From: an uncultured Oscillospiraceae bacterium
Lineage (GTDB): Bacteria > Bacillota > Clostridia > Oscillospirales > Oscillospiraceae
DNA: 64,000 nucleotides
Direction: 5' to 3'
Assembly: GCA_944385405.1 (NCBI GenBank)
Contig: CALWXB010000009.1
Coordinates: 2,096-66,095 of the forward strand
Under the pieces are notes generated by a model, which saw only the letters and a list, made by a program, of their open reading frames with translations, was not told where the DNA came from and did no database searches. Every line of letters begins with the position of its first letter. Position 1 is the first letter of the stretch. Positions 1 to 10,242 of this stretch are shown piece by piece. Position numbers and translations under genes: made by a program.

Positions 1-456
1 GACATGGTCCTCCTTGTTCAGCATGGCCTGATAGAGATGGGCCACGGACCATCTCTGGGGGATGTTGAACCGGAACCGCTCCGTCAGCGCGGCGGCGGCG
101 GGACCGGTGGTGGTGTTGCGCCAGGTCCGGAAGGCCGCCAGCAGGCGGTCCTCCCGGTCCAGGGGAAGGTAGCCGTGCATCATGGCGGAAAAGCCCATGG
201 CGGCCATGGTGGTGAGCTTTACGCCGAAGGTGCGCTCCACGTTGGCGGCCAGGTCCGCATAGGCAGCCTGCAGGCCGGCCCACACGTCCTCCATATGATA
301 GGTCCAGTATCCGCCCTCATACCGGTTCTCCCAGCCGAACTCGCCGGAGGCGATGGGGGCGTGGTCGGGACCGGTGAGCACGGCCTTGATCCGGGTGGAG
401 CCCATCTCGATGCCGAGACAGGCTTTTCCGGAGAGGATGGCTTCTTTGTGATCCAT
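1..456 (-). CDS. FGGY-family carbohydrate kinase (ribulokinase/xylulokinase-like), N-terminal part; runs off the window edge
   Basis: Not in the ORF track; translated by hand: [27 protein letters not shown]...SAMMHGYL...FRTWRN...[17 protein letters not shown] upstream of ATG 456. Confidence 0.88.
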   Translation of the reverse strand, partial: MDHKEAILSGKACLGIEMGSTRIKAVLTGPDHAPIASGEFGWENRYEGGYWTYHMEDVWAGLQAAYADLAANVERTFGVKLTTMAAMGFSAMMHGYLPLDREDRLLAAFRTWRNTTTGPAAAALTERFRFNIPQRWSVAHLYQAMLNKEDHV

Positions 457-468
457 GAGGATCCTCCT

Positions 469-1515
469 TTACTTGCTCTTTTCCTTGATCCGGGCGAACA
501 CGCTCTGCAGCACGATGAAGAAGCACAGCAGCGCTGCGGTGAGGATGTTGGGCCAGGAGGAGGCCAGCTTGCCGTTGGTCTGAACGATGGTGGAGATGGT
601 GCCGTTGATCAGCACGCCGAACAGGGACCCGATGACGTTGCCCACGCCGCCGGTGAGCAGCGTGCCGCCGATGACGGCAGAGGAGATGGCGTCCATCTCC
701 ATGCCGGTGGCCTGGGAGACGCTGGCGGACATGGTGTTCATGCAGTAGCAGATGCCGCCCACGGAGCACAGGAAGGAGGAGAGGACGTAGGCCTTGAGCT
801 TGGTCTTCTTCACGTCCAGGCCCATCATGGCCGCGGACTGCTCGCTGCCGCCCACGGCGTACAGGGAACGGCCGAACTTGGTGTAGCGCAGCACCAGGAA
901 GATGGCGATCAGCACCACCAGGGCGATGACCACGCCCACGCCGATGTAGGGCATGACCAGCTTACCGGCCCGGTTCACGGTGCCGCCGAAGGGCAGGTAA
1001 ATGCGGAAGTTGGCCAGATCATAGAAGAGCTGGTTGATCTCGGCGGTGATGGAGAGCTGGTTGGTGGAGATGACAGCCGTCATGCCCCGGGCGAAGAACA
1101 TGCCCGCCATGGTGACGATGAAGGGCTGGATCTCCAGATAGCCCACACAGAAGCCCTGGAAGAGACCGAACACGATGCCGATGACCAGCACCAGCAGGAT
1201 CATCACCGGAGCGCTCATGTGCCACTCACTCATGCCGTAGGCCAGCAGCATGCAGTCCAGGGCAACCAGAGATCCCACGGAGATGTCAATGCCGCCGGTG
1301 AGCATGACGCAGGTCATGCCGCAGGCCACGCAGATGAGGCCCGCGTTGGTGCGGAACAGGTTCAGGAAGGTCTGCAGATTGGTAAAGCCCTTGCTGGCGT
1401 ACGCGATGCAGCCGCCGGCATAGAGGATCACGAACAAGATGATGGTGATGATCAGCAGCATGGTGTTGCTGTTCATCTGCTTGCGCTCTTTCAGCGCGTT
1501 GGCGGGAGCTTTCAT
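469..1515 (-). CDS. Sugar ABC transporter permease, YjfF-like
   Basis: GGIDISVGS, QPFIVT, FGRSLYAVGGSEQSA and GGTLLTGGVG motifs. Start MKAPAN overlaps the upstream stop (ATGA). Confidence 0.9.
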   Translation of the reverse strand: MKAPANALKERKQMNSNTMLLIITIILFVILYAGGCIAYASKGFTNLQTFLNLFRTNAGLICVACGMTCVMLTGGIDISVGSLVALDCMLLAYGMSEWHMSAPVMILLVLVIGIVFGLFQGFCVGYLEIQPFIVTMAGMFFARGMTAVISTNQLSITAEINQLFYDLANFRIYLPFGGTVNRAGKLVMPYIGVGVVIALVVLIAIFLVLRYTKFGRSLYAVGGSEQSAAMMGLDVKKTKLKAYVLSSFLCSVGGICYCMNTMSASVSQATGMEMDAISSAVIGGTLLTGGVGNVIGSLFGVLINGTISTIVQTNGKLASSWPNILTAALLCFFIVLQSVFARIKEKSK

Positions 1516-2591
1516 ACGCCGACCACCTCCTTCTGGGCCACCGCTTTGGCGGCGGCACGCTTTTTGAACCAGGCCTTCACAGGCGGCGCCTGGACCGCCA
1601 CGATGAGGATGACCACCACGGCTTTGAACACCGGGGTCACGGCGGAGGGCACGCCCATGTTGTACATGGTGGTGGTGATGGCCTGGATGGTGTAGGCGCC
1701 GATGATGGAGCCGGCCAGATTGAACCGGCCGCCGCCCAGGCTGTTGCCGCCCAGAGCCACCGCCAGGATGGCGTCCAGCTCCATGTCCAGGCCGATGTTG
1801 TTGGAGTCGGCGCTGGTGATGCGGGAGGAGGCCACGATGCCGGCGATGCCCGCGCACAATCCGCACAGCAGGTAGCAGGTGAAGATGATGCGCTTGGAGT
1901 TGAGGCCGGCGATGCGGCTGGCCCGCTTATTGATGCCCACGGACTGGATGTACATGCCCATAGCGGTCTTTTTCAGCACCACGGCCGTTACCGCCACGCA
2001 CACCGCGGCAATGATGATGGGAGTGGGGATGGGGCCCAGGTAGCCGCCGAAGACGGCGAACTCCGGCACCCGGATGTAGACGATCAGGTTGTTGCAAAGC
2101 AGCAGTCCGATGGCACGGGCCGCGGACCACAGGATCAGCGTGGCTACCATGGGCTGGATGTTCAGGTACGCCACCAGTCCGCCGTTGAAGGCGCCGCACA
2201 GGCATCCCATCACCAGCGCGCCGATGAGGCCCACCGCCAGAGGCATGGCGAATTCCTCGGCGCTGCCCACGGAGGAGACGCCGAAGCCCGCCACCAGCAT
2301 GCAGCAGAAGGAGGCGCAAAGGCTCATCACAGAGCCCACGGAGATATCCGTTCCGGCGGAGGCGGACACCACCAGCGTCATGCCGATGGCCAGGATGGCC
2401 ACCTCGCTGCCGCGGTTGAGGATATTGATGATGCGGCCGTTGAGCAGGTCGTTGGTCATGGTGATCTCGAAGAAGTTGTAGAAGGCATGGCCGGTGGCGG
2501 CATCATAGATCATGTTGATGCACAGCACCAGCAGCATGCAGAACACCGGCAGGAACAGCCGCTGCTGGGTGAGCTTTTTCAGTTTACTCAT
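1512..2591 (-). CDS. Sugar ABC transporter permease, YtfT-like
   Basis: GTDISVGS, QPMVATL, ELDAILAVALGG motifs; hydrophobic throughout. Confidence 0.9.
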   Translation of the reverse strand: MSKLKKLTQQRLFLPVFCMLLVLCINMIYDAATGHAFYNFFEITMTNDLLNGRIINILNRGSEVAILAIGMTLVVSASAGTDISVGSVMSLCASFCCMLVAGFGVSSVGSAEEFAMPLAVGLIGALVMGCLCGAFNGGLVAYLNIQPMVATLILWSAARAIGLLLCNNLIVYIRVPEFAVFGGYLGPIPTPIIIAAVCVAVTAVVLKKTAMGMYIQSVGINKRASRIAGLNSKRIIFTCYLLCGLCAGIAGIVASSRITSADSNNIGLDMELDAILAVALGGNSLGGGRFNLAGSIIGAYTIQAITTTMYNMGVPSAVTPVFKAVVVILIVAVQAPPVKAWFKKRAAAKAVAQKEVVGV

Positions 2592-4104
2592 CTTTCGCAC
2601 CTCCCGCAATGGCGGCCATGACCCGCTCCTGGGTCAGCTCGCCTTCCAGTTCGCCCACCTTGGCGCCGTCGCGGAGCACCGCCATGCGGTTGCAGGTGCG
2701 CAGCATCTCTTCGATCTCGGAGGAGATGAACATGACGCTCTTGCCCTCGCCGGCCAGCTTGATGATGAGCTTCTGGATCTCAGTCTTGGTACCGATGTCA
2801 ATGCCGCGGGTGGGCTCGTCCAGGATCAGGAAATCCGGGTCCGTGGCCAGCCACCGGGCCAGGATGGCCTTTTGCTGGTTACCGCCGGAGAGCTGCTTGA
2901 TGGGCGTCTCCCGGCTGGCGGTCTTGATCTGCAGCAGGTCGATGTACCGGTCGGCGATCTCCTCCTGCTGGGCCCGGGAGAGCTGACGGAACATGCCCCG
3001 CTTGGCCTGCAGGGCCAGGATGATGTTCTCGCGGACAGAGAGGTCCCCGATGATGCCCTCGGCCTTGCGGTCGTCGGGCAGCAGGCCCATGCCCATGTTC
3101 ATGGCGTCGATGGGCTGATTGATCTTGACCTCCTTGCCGCCTACCTTCAGCGTGCCGGTCTGAGCCTTGTCGGCACCGTAGATGGCCCGGGCCAGCTCGC
3201 TGCGGCCGGAGCCCAGCAGTCCGGTGAGGCCGATGACCTCGCCCTGATGGATGTCCAGATCAAAGGGCTTGATGGTGCCCTTGTGGCTCAGGCCCCGGGC
3301 CTCGATCTCCAGCGGCGCCTTGGCGTCGTATGTAAAGCCCTCGGGCTTGATGGAGGCCAGGTCGTCAAAGTCCTTGCCCATCATGGCTGCCACCAGCTTC
3401 ACCCGGGGCAGCTCCGCCACGGGATACTCGCCCACCAGAGTGCCGTTGCGCAGCACGGTGATCCGGTCACACACGGCGTACACCTGCTCCAGGAAGTGGG
3501 TGACGAACACGATGCCCACGCCCTGGGCCTTGAGCTGCAGCATCATCTTGAAGAGCTTTTCCACCTCGCTGTCGTCCAGAGAGGAGGTGGGCTCGTCCAG
3601 GATCAGGACCTTGCACTCCATGTCCACCGCCCGGGCGATGGCGATCATCTGCTGGATGGCCAGGGAGTAGTTCTCCAGGTTCTGGGTCACGTCCACCTTG
3701 ATGTCCAGGCGCTTGACCAGCTCATCGGCCTTCTTGTTCATGGTCCGGCGGTCGATGGTGCGCCAGGGGGTCATGGGCTCCCGGCCGATGTACAGGTTCT
3801 CCGCCACGCTCAGGTTGGGGCACAGGTTGACCTCCTGATACACGGTGGAGATGCCCACCTTCTGGGCATCCAGGGTGGAGTGGTTTTTCACCGGTCCCTC
3901 GATCCCGTTCACCCGGATCTCGCCGGCCTCAAAGTCGTTGATGCCGGTGAGGCACTTGATCAGGGTGGATTTTCCGGCGCCGTTCTCCCCCATGAGGGCG
4001 TGAATCTCCCCCTTGCGCAGGGTGAAGTCCACATTGTCCAGCGCCTTGACGCCGGGGAAGGTCATGCAGATTCCCCGCATCGTCAATACAATGTTGTCTT
4101 CCAT
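2584..4104 (-). CDS. Sugar ABC transporter ATP-binding protein (two ABC domains), YtfR-like
   Basis: GENGAGKST, LDEPTSSL, LSGGNQQK, DEPTRGID. Confidence 0.95.
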   Translation of the reverse strand: MEDNIVLTMRGICMTFPGVKALDNVDFTLRKGEIHALMGENGAGKSTLIKCLTGINDFEAGEIRVNGIEGPVKNHSTLDAQKVGISTVYQEVNLCPNLSVAENLYIGREPMTPWRTIDRRTMNKKADELVKRLDIKVDVTQNLENYSLAIQQMIAIARAVDMECKVLILDEPTSSLDDSEVEKLFKMMLQLKAQGVGIVFVTHFLEQVYAVCDRITVLRNGTLVGEYPVAELPRVKLVAAMMGKDFDDLASIKPEGFTYDAKAPLEIEARGLSHKGTIKPFDLDIHQGEVIGLTGLLGSGRSELARAIYGADKAQTGTLKVGGKEVKINQPIDAMNMGMGLLPDDRKAEGIIGDLSVRENIILALQAKRGMFRQLSRAQQEEIADRYIDLLQIKTASRETPIKQLSGGNQQKAILARWLATDPDFLILDEPTRGIDIGTKTEIQKLIIKLAGEGKSVMFISSEIEEMLRTCNRMAVLRDGAKVGELEGELTQERVMAAIAGGAKDE

Positions 4105-4147
4105 CTCGCGTCACCTCTGTTAAAATTCGGAAATTCAGAATGAAATA

Positions 4148-4183
4148 GGGAGGACCCCACGTTGAATTGTATGGGGTCCTCCC
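4148..4183 (-). other. Intercistronic stem-loop after the binding-protein gene (mRNA stabiliser or partial terminator)
   Basis: gggaggacccca...tggggtcctccc inverted repeat. Confidence 0.55.
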
Positions 4184-4225
4184 TCTGGGGTCCTATAAAG
4201 GCCTCCTCATATCACCTGGGAGGAA

Positions 4226-5293
4226 TTAGTAGGGACGGGCGTCCAGAACCTCCTGGGTCACATGGATGACAGGCATGGCCTCGCCGTTGACGGTGATCTC
4301 GGACACGATGTCCTCGGCGGCGAACCAGGACTCCTCCATGTAGATCTCCTTCTCAGGAGTCTCGCCGGCCTCCAGCTGCTGGATGACCTCGTCCACGAAG
4401 GGGGCGGCCATGGGGTTGCACTCGAAGGTGGCGTTCATGTTGCCCTCCAGAACGTGCTGCACAGCGGGCTTGTTGGAGTCGAAGGAGACGATGATCACGT
4501 CGCCGTCCACGCCGTAGCTCACGCCGGCGGCGTCCATGGCGGTCATAGCGCCGTAGGCCTCGTTATCGTTCTGGCAGATGACCACGTTGAACTGGCCCTC
4601 ATAGCTCTGGCAGTAGGACTCCATGACTTCCTGGCCGCCGGCCTCGGTGAAGTCGCCGTTCTGGCTGTCCAGGATGGTCCAGCCCTCACGGTCAGCGACC
4701 TCCTTGAAGCCCTCGGTACGGCCGATGGTGGCGGAGGCGCCGGTGGAGCCCTCGATCACCAGGGCGTTGATCTCGGTGATGCCCTTGTCGGCGGCATAGG
4801 CCTTCAGCCACTCGCCGCAGGCCAGACCCTCGACCTTGAAGTCAGAGCCCACCCAGGAGACGTACTTGTCGGAGTCGTCGATGGTACGGTCGATGACGAT
4901 GACGGGGATGCCGGCGTCCTCGCACTCAGTCAGGACGGCGTCCCAGCCGGTGGAGACGATGGGGTCGATGATGATGTAGTCCACGCCCTGCTGGATGAAG
5001 TTGCGGACGGCCTCCAGCTGCTTGGCGGAGTCATTGTCGCAGTCCACGAAAGCCAGCTCATAGCCGTTCTCGGCAGAGAACACATCCTGCGCGGACTTGG
5101 TGGAAGCGGTGCGCCAGTCAGACTCGTGGCCTACCTGGGCAAAGCCCACGGTGATCACGTCGCTGCCGCCCTCTTCCACAGCGGGGGTCTCGCCGCCTTC
5201 CTCAGCGGGAGCCTCCTCCTGGCTGCCGCCGCAGGCGGCCAGAGACAGAGCCATGACAAGAGACAGTGCAAGGGCCAAAAACTTCTTCTTCAT
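4226..5293 (-). CDS. Sugar ABC substrate-binding lipoprotein, YtfQ-like (galactofuranose/arabinose family)
   Basis: Lipobox LSLAAC; VGFAQVGHESDWR, CQNDNEA and FECNP motifs. Confidence 0.9.
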   Translation of the reverse strand: MKKKFLALALSLVMALSLAACGGSQEEAPAEEGGETPAVEEGGSDVITVGFAQVGHESDWRTASTKSAQDVFSAENGYELAFVDCDNDSAKQLEAVRNFIQQGVDYIIIDPIVSTGWDAVLTECEDAGIPVIVIDRTIDDSDKYVSWVGSDFKVEGLACGEWLKAYAADKGITEINALVIEGSTGASATIGRTEGFKEVADREGWTILDSQNGDFTEAGGQEVMESYCQSYEGQFNVVICQNDNEAYGAMTAMDAAGVSYGVDGDVIIVSFDSNKPAVQHVLEGNMNATFECNPMAAPFVDEVIQQLEAGETPEKEIYMEESWFAAEDIVSEITVNGEAMPVIHVTQEVLDARPY

Positions 5294-5427
5294 ACAATAA
5301 CGCTCCTTCTTCTCAATTGCTTATTCTTTCGCGTCCCCGACGCGGGAGTCCCGAAATAAAAATTGTCCGCAAAAATTTAGTTAGTGTTGAGTTCAACGTT
5401 AGAAGCAATTTACTTTTCTTGAGTAAA

Positions 5428-5455
5428 AGTTTAGCACTGATTTCTGAAATGTCAA
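5428..5455 (-). promoter_or_regulatory. Sigma-A promoter of the sugar ABC operon
   Basis: TTGACA-16 nt-TAAACT with an extended TG, in an AT-rich divergent intergenic region. Confidence 0.6.
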
Positions 5456-5657
5456 TAAATGAAAATGTCACGTAAACGATTTTGCATGTAATGCACAAAC
5501 AGGGGCGGTAATATTTGTGGTAACGACGAGGTCAATGGCAAAAAACGAGATGGAATATTTTGAAAATTATATAAATATTTAGTGAATTTGTTGCATTTCA
5601 AAAAAGAGTCGGCTATAATGTGGAGCATACAGCATCATGCAGAGAGGGGATGAGCGC

Positions 5658-6707
5658 ATGGGAGTGACCGCCAAGGACATCGCGGAAAAGCTGGGGATCT
5701 CCCCCTCGGCGGTCTCGCTGGCCATGAACGGAAAGCCGGGCGTCAGCGTGGCTACCCGGGAGCGGATCCTGGCGGAAGCCGTGCGGATGGGGTATGCCAT
5801 GCCCAAAAGTCAGGCGGGAGCAGTGCCCAATATCCGGTATGTGATCTTTCTGGAGCGGGGAGACGCGGTGAAGGAGACTTCCTTTTATTCCATCGTGCTT
5901 CAGGGCATCGAGGCCAAGGCCAAGGAATATGGATACAATGTGCTCATCAGCTATTTCGATACCAGCCGGGACTGGACCGAACAGATCGCGGCCATCTGCA
6001 AGGATGTGTCAGGACTCATTTTGCTGGGCACCGAGGTGGAGGGCCGGCATCTGCCCCTGGCGGAGGCGGCAGGGCTTTACAAGCAGCCCATTCCCATGGT
6101 GATGGTGGACAATGCCAGCAACCTGGTGGACATCGACTGCGTAGTGGCGGACAACCGCTGCGGCGCCTACCGGGCGGTATCCTATCTGCTGCAGCAGGGA
6201 CATCCCGACGTGGGCTACCTCCGCTCGCCGGTGCGCATCGGCAGCTTCACCGAGCGGGAGAGGGGGCTGGTGAAGGCCCGGAAGGAGCATGGCTTGACAG
6301 CGCCTTTGCAGTGCGTGGATGTGGGCATCTCCTCGGAGCAGGCGTTTTACGGCATGTCCGCCTGGCTGGACCGGGGCGGGAAGCCGCTGTCCGCCTTCTT
6401 CGCCGACAACGACATCATCGCGGCCTCCTGCATCCGGGCGCTGAAGGCCAGGGGCTACCGGATCCCCGGGGACGTGTCCATCGTGGGATTTGACGATATG
6501 CCCATCTGCACCATGGTGGACCCGCCGCTGACCACGGTGCACATCTCCAAGGAGCTCATGGGCATGGTGGCCATGGACGCCCTCCACCGCCGGATCCAGG
6601 ACGGGACCCACGCCCTGAACGATGTGCGCACCGGTGTGCTGCGCACCACCGTCTCCACCCATCTGGTGCTGCGGGAGAGCGTGGCGCCCTATGCCGGGCG
6701 GGACTGA
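5658..6707 (+). CDS. LacI-family transcriptional regulator
   Basis: VTAKDIAEKLGISPSAVSLAMNGKPGVS HTH; IPGDVSIVGFDD and PPLTTV. Confidence 0.95.
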   Translation: MGVTAKDIAEKLGISPSAVSLAMNGKPGVSVATRERILAEAVRMGYAMPKSQAGAVPNIRYVIFLERGDAVKETSFYSIVLQGIEAKAKEYGYNVLISYFDTSRDWTEQIAAICKDVSGLILLGTEVEGRHLPLAEAAGLYKQPIPMVMVDNASNLVDIDCVVADNRCGAYRAVSYLLQQGHPDVGYLRSPVRIGSFTERERGLVKARKEHGLTAPLQCVDVGISSEQAFYGMSAWLDRGGKPLSAFFADNDIIAASCIRALKARGYRIPGDVSIVGFDDMPICTMVDPPLTTVHISKELMGMVAMDALHRRIQDGTHALNDVRTGVLRTTVSTHLVLRESVAPYAGRD

Positions 6708-6747
6708 GACCGGCTTGTCCCCGCCACATTATATATAGGAAAACCAG

Positions 6748-6787
6748 ACCGCCCCCGCGCCGGAGGATCCTCCGGCGCGGGGGCGGT
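6748..6787. terminator. Perfect 40-bp palindrome between convergent genes; probable bidirectional terminator
   Basis: accgcccccgcgccggaggatcctccggcgcgggggcggt. Confidence 0.7.
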
Positions 6788-6805
6788 GTTTGTTTGCAGG
6801 GAGGC

Positions 6806-9800
6806 TTACGGCCCGGTGCCGGTGCCGTCGCAGCGCCAGCCGTCAGCGGAGAGATACATGGGCCCCATCTGCCAGTTCATGAAGGCGCCCTCCGGGGCCT
6901 CACCGTAGGACCCGTCATACCCCCCGGTGTTCCCGGCCATGTTCCAGTTCAGGGACCACTGGTTTTCCGGCACGAAGATGCGGGCGTAGGAAAAGTAGAA
7001 GTGTTCCGTCTCCAGCATGAAGGGCTGGTACCAGCTGTCCATGGCGTCCTCGTTTACTTCCACGACATTGCGCACATAGGTCAGGGCGTACTTGCTGCCC
7101 GGCGTCACCCGGAGACAGACGGACTGCACCGCGTCCACCCAGGCCTGGGCGATGGCCAGATGATCCTGCCCCGTATCCGGGATCACGATGTCTCCCCGGA
7201 GGGCGGCCAGCTCCACCTCGTCATACCAGAACCGCAGGTATTGGAAAATGCTGTCGGAGAACACATCCTGCCCGGTGCTCTCCGCCCGGAGCCAGTACGT
7301 CTCGCCGCTGTCGGTGCACCGCACCAGGTCGCTGCCGGACCAGACCTGGATGGCGTAGCGGCCGTCGGGGGACGAGAGGGTCAGGGAGGCCTCCGGCTCC
7401 GGAGAGGGAGGTGCGCCGTCCTCCACCCGGGACCAGGTGAACAGGCTGGAGGATGTGAAGTTATGGGCGGTGTAATCGGCGTTGTAGGCACCGCTGCGGG
7501 TGGTGGTATACCGCCCGCCGCCCGCACCGTCTGCCCATTTCAGCTCCATCACCAGATGCTCGTTGTTCCGGATGGCATCCATCAGCAATCCAGCCTGGAC
7601 GTCGGCGGTGAGGGGGGCATCTTGCTGGGCATCAAACCAGGCCCGGACAGCCTCCGCCGCGCTCTGGGCGCCGTCTGCCGGGGTCACCTGGTAGATGACG
7701 AAGGTGCCGTTGCCGCTGGTGTACTGCACGTAGGGGCTGTCCCGATACACGGAGAGGCTGCAGCGGGTGTCCGGGACCCGCAGGGAGAGGAAGTAGTCCC
7801 CGTCCTCCTCCGAGGCCCAGGGGTCTGTGGCGATGGGCCAGGTCCAGCGGGTGTCCACCCAGCTGTAATTCTGCGTGAGGGTATCCAGCAGGGCCTGGAC
7901 CGACGGGGCGGAGGTGGAGGCGGACAGGGCATCCGCCTGCCAGGCGCCGCCGGAGTTGTAGTCCAGGCTGGCCTCCAGCCGCCCGGTGGTGTTGTCCAGC
8001 AGGATGCGCAGGTCCTCCGCGGCCTGTTCGTTGCCGCTGTACGGGGCAGAGGAGTAGATCTCGCTGAGGACGAAGCTCTCCGCCGTGGCGTTCAGGTGAG
8101 CGCCTTCAAGGGACCGGGCAAAGCGCAGACACGCCTCCATGGGATCGGCGGCCCACGGTGTCTGGCCGCTGTCCGTCAGGGCCTGAAGGTCGGCGTAATA
8201 GTCCGCCACGGGCAGGTTCGTGTCAGGCCGGACCAGCTGGCGCTGGGGGGATTCGCCCTGGTACCACACCTGCTCCACGCACCAGATGCCGCCCTCCCCC
8301 TGGGTGGCCGGCCGGGAGAGGATAAAGGTCCAGGTGATCTCCCGGTCGCCGTTCACCGCGTAATAGGGATAGTAGGTGGCGGTGATGTGGTCGCCCTGGA
8401 ACTGGAAGGGCTGGCTGCGCATGGCCCGGACGGTCTCCTCCGGGAAGGGTTCCACGCCCTCCACGGCCAGCACCGCCGCCTCCGCCCAGGCCCGCAGGCC
8501 CTCCTGGACCGCCTGGTAATCCTCGGCGTGTTCCGGGGCGTAGTTCACGTCTGTGGGGAGGTGGACGGCGTAGTAGTATCCGTCGGTGTCTCTGGCAAAG
8601 CAGGTCACGCCGCTGGTGTCCACGGCGCACAGGTGCCGCTCAAAATCCGCCTGGTCCCAGCGGTCCACCACCAGCAGCCGGCCGCCGTAGTCGCTGTTGA
8701 AGTCCGGGCCGTAATAGTAATAGGTGGAAGAGGACAGCCTGGCGGTATCCGCTGCCCGCGTCCACGTCACCCGGCCTTCATACTCCTCCGGCACCTGGGA
8801 CAAGGCATCGTGGATCTGCGCGGCCCGCGCTTCCGCCGTCCGGGGCTCCGCGGTGTCCCCGTCCGCCTGAGGCGCGCCAGTGAAGGCGCTGGCGGCCAGG
8901 AGCGCCACCGCCGTCAGCAGGCACAGCGCTGTGACGGCCAGCGTCCGGGGCTGCTTCACGATCAGGGCGACGCGCTCTTTCAGCCCGCCCCGGCTGGCGT
9001 GCATGGTGGTGGCGGTCTGCAGAAGGCCGGCGGGAGAGGGGCCCGCGGCCACCAGATCTACCAGTGTCCGGCCATAGGCCAGACGCTGGTCCTCTCCCAG
9101 GCGGCGGATGGCGCCCTCGTCGCAGGCCAGCTCACAGTCCTGCCGGGACAGCACCGCCGCCCACCACACCAGGGGATCGAACCAGTAGAGGCACAGACAT
9201 ACCGCCCGCACCAGAGACCACCAGGTGTCTCCGTGGCGGCGGTGGGTCAGCTCATGGGCCAGGACGTGCCGCAGCCGCACCGGATGGGCTGCGGCGGCGG
9301 GGGGCACGTAGATCCGCTGGCGCAGCAGGCCCACCAGGCAGGGAGAGGGTACCGACGGCGACACATATACCGGGATGGGGCAGTCTGCCGCCAGAAGCTC
9401 CGCCCCAGCCGCGGCCCGGTGCCGGAACCGGAGGTTCACCGCGAGGAACCATCCCGCCATGGCCATCGCGCCCAGCAGCCACGCATACGCCAGCCAATGT
9501 CCGCCCTCCGGCGGGGCTTGGGCGGGCGTTGGATCCTGCGCCGTCTGAGGCGGCGGAGATCCGGGAATGGGGGAGACAGGAGTGACTGCCGGAGGGGCGG
9601 CCTCTGATGTCTCCGCCGGGGCGGACATTTCCGCCGCGGCCAGCTCCACCCGCTGCTCCACCTGCCGGGCCAGATACAGCGCGCTCAGAGTGCTGCTCCC
9701 GATCTGGACGGGCACCAGCAGCCGCACCGCCACCAGCAGCCACAGGGCGTACTGCAGCCGCAGGCTGATGCGGCCCCGGAGCAGGCGGCGCAGCAAGATC

Positions 9801-9844
9801 AATATCAGGATCAGCAGTGTGGATGTGATCAGGATTGCACTCAT
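6806..9844 (-). CDS. M56-family (BlaR1/MecR1-like) metallopeptidase signal transducer with a long non-PBP extracellular region
   Basis: LQYALWLLVAVRLLVP, SPCLVGL, HELTH zinc motif, YWFDPLVW, ELACDE, LKERV. Confidence 0.92.
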   Translation of the reverse strand: MSAILITSTLLILILILLRRLLRGRISLRLQYALWLLVAVRLLVPVQIGSSTLSALYLARQVEQRVELAAAEMSAPAETSEAAPPAVTPVSPIPGSPPPQTAQDPTPAQAPPEGGHWLAYAWLLGAMAMAGWFLAVNLRFRHRAAAGAELLAADCPIPVYVSPSVPSPCLVGLLRQRIYVPPAAAAHPVRLRHVLAHELTHRRHGDTWWSLVRAVCLCLYWFDPLVWWAAVLSRQDCELACDEGAIRRLGEDQRLAYGRTLVDLVAAGPSPAGLLQTATTMHASRGGLKERVALIVKQPRTLAVTALCLLTAVALLAASAFTGAPQADGDTAEPRTAEARAAQIHDALSQVPEEYEGRVTWTRAADTARLSSSTYYYYGPDFNSDYGGRLLVVDRWDQADFERHLCAVDTSGVTCFARDTDGYYYAVHLPTDVNYAPEHAEDYQAVQEGLRAWAEAAVLAVEGVEPFPEETVRAMRSQPFQFQGDHITATYYPYYAVNGDREITWTFILSRPATQGEGGIWCVEQVWYQGESPQRQLVRPDTNLPVADYYADLQALTDSGQTPWAADPMEACLRFARSLEGAHLNATAESFVLSEIYSSAPYSGNEQAAEDLRILLDNTTGRLEASLDYNSGGAWQADALSASTSAPSVQALLDTLTQNYSWVDTRWTWPIATDPWASEEDGDYFLSLRVPDTRCSLSVYRDSPYVQYTSGNGTFVIYQVTPADGAQSAAEAVRAWFDAQQDAPLTADVQAGLLMDAIRNNEHLVMELKWADGAGGGRYTTTRSGAYNADYTAHNFTSSSLFTWSRVEDGAPPSPEPEASLTLSSPDGRYAIQVWSGSDLVRCTDSGETYWLRAESTGQDVFSDSIFQYLRFWYDEVELAALRGDIVIPDTGQDHLAIAQAWVDAVQSVCLRVTPGSKYALTYVRNVVEVNEDAMDSWYQPFMLETEHFYFSYARIFVPENQWSLNWNMAGNTGGYDGSYGEAPEGAFMNWQMGPMYLSADGWRCDGTGTGP

Positions 9845-10224
9845 ATGGCATCCTCCTCCGCTTTGCGCAGCACGTCGTACAGGGCCTCGATGTCCGAGCG
9901 GGTCAGCAGCTCCCGCTGAGCCAGGGAGTTGATCAGCAGTCCGGCGCTGCCGTGATAGGCCCGCCGGAGCAGGGAGTCCGTCTCCGCCGCCGCCGCGTCC
10001 TCCCGGCTGACGGCGGGGTGAAAGACCTTGGTCCGCCCGGACTGCTCATAGGTCACCAGCCCCTTTTCCTCCATCCGGCGGATCATGGTGGTGACGGTGC
10101 TCTTGGCCCAGCCAGCGGAATCGCCCAGCGTCCATACCAATTCCATCAGCGTGCAGGGCTGCTGCCAGAGCGCTTCCATTACCCGCCACTCTCCCGGAGA
10201 GAGCGTTACCTGTGGATGCTCCAT
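9841..10224 (-). CDS. BlaI/MecI/CopY-family repressor
   Basis: LSPGEWRVMEALW, WAKSTVTTMIRRMEEKG; ATGA overlap with the M56 gene. Confidence 0.93.
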   Translation of the reverse strand: MEHPQVTLSPGEWRVMEALWQQPCTLMELVWTLGDSAGWAKSTVTTMIRRMEEKGLVTYEQSGRTKVFHPAVSREDAAAAETDSLLRRAYHGSAGLLINSLAQRELLTRSDIEALYDVLRKAEEDAI

Positions 10225-10242
10225 ACCCGTTCACCTCCTTTT

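Noticed and set aside
6748-6787. Perfect 40-bp palindrome as a REP or MITE element
   Set aside because: Only one copy seen, and it lies between convergent genes, so a terminator explains it.
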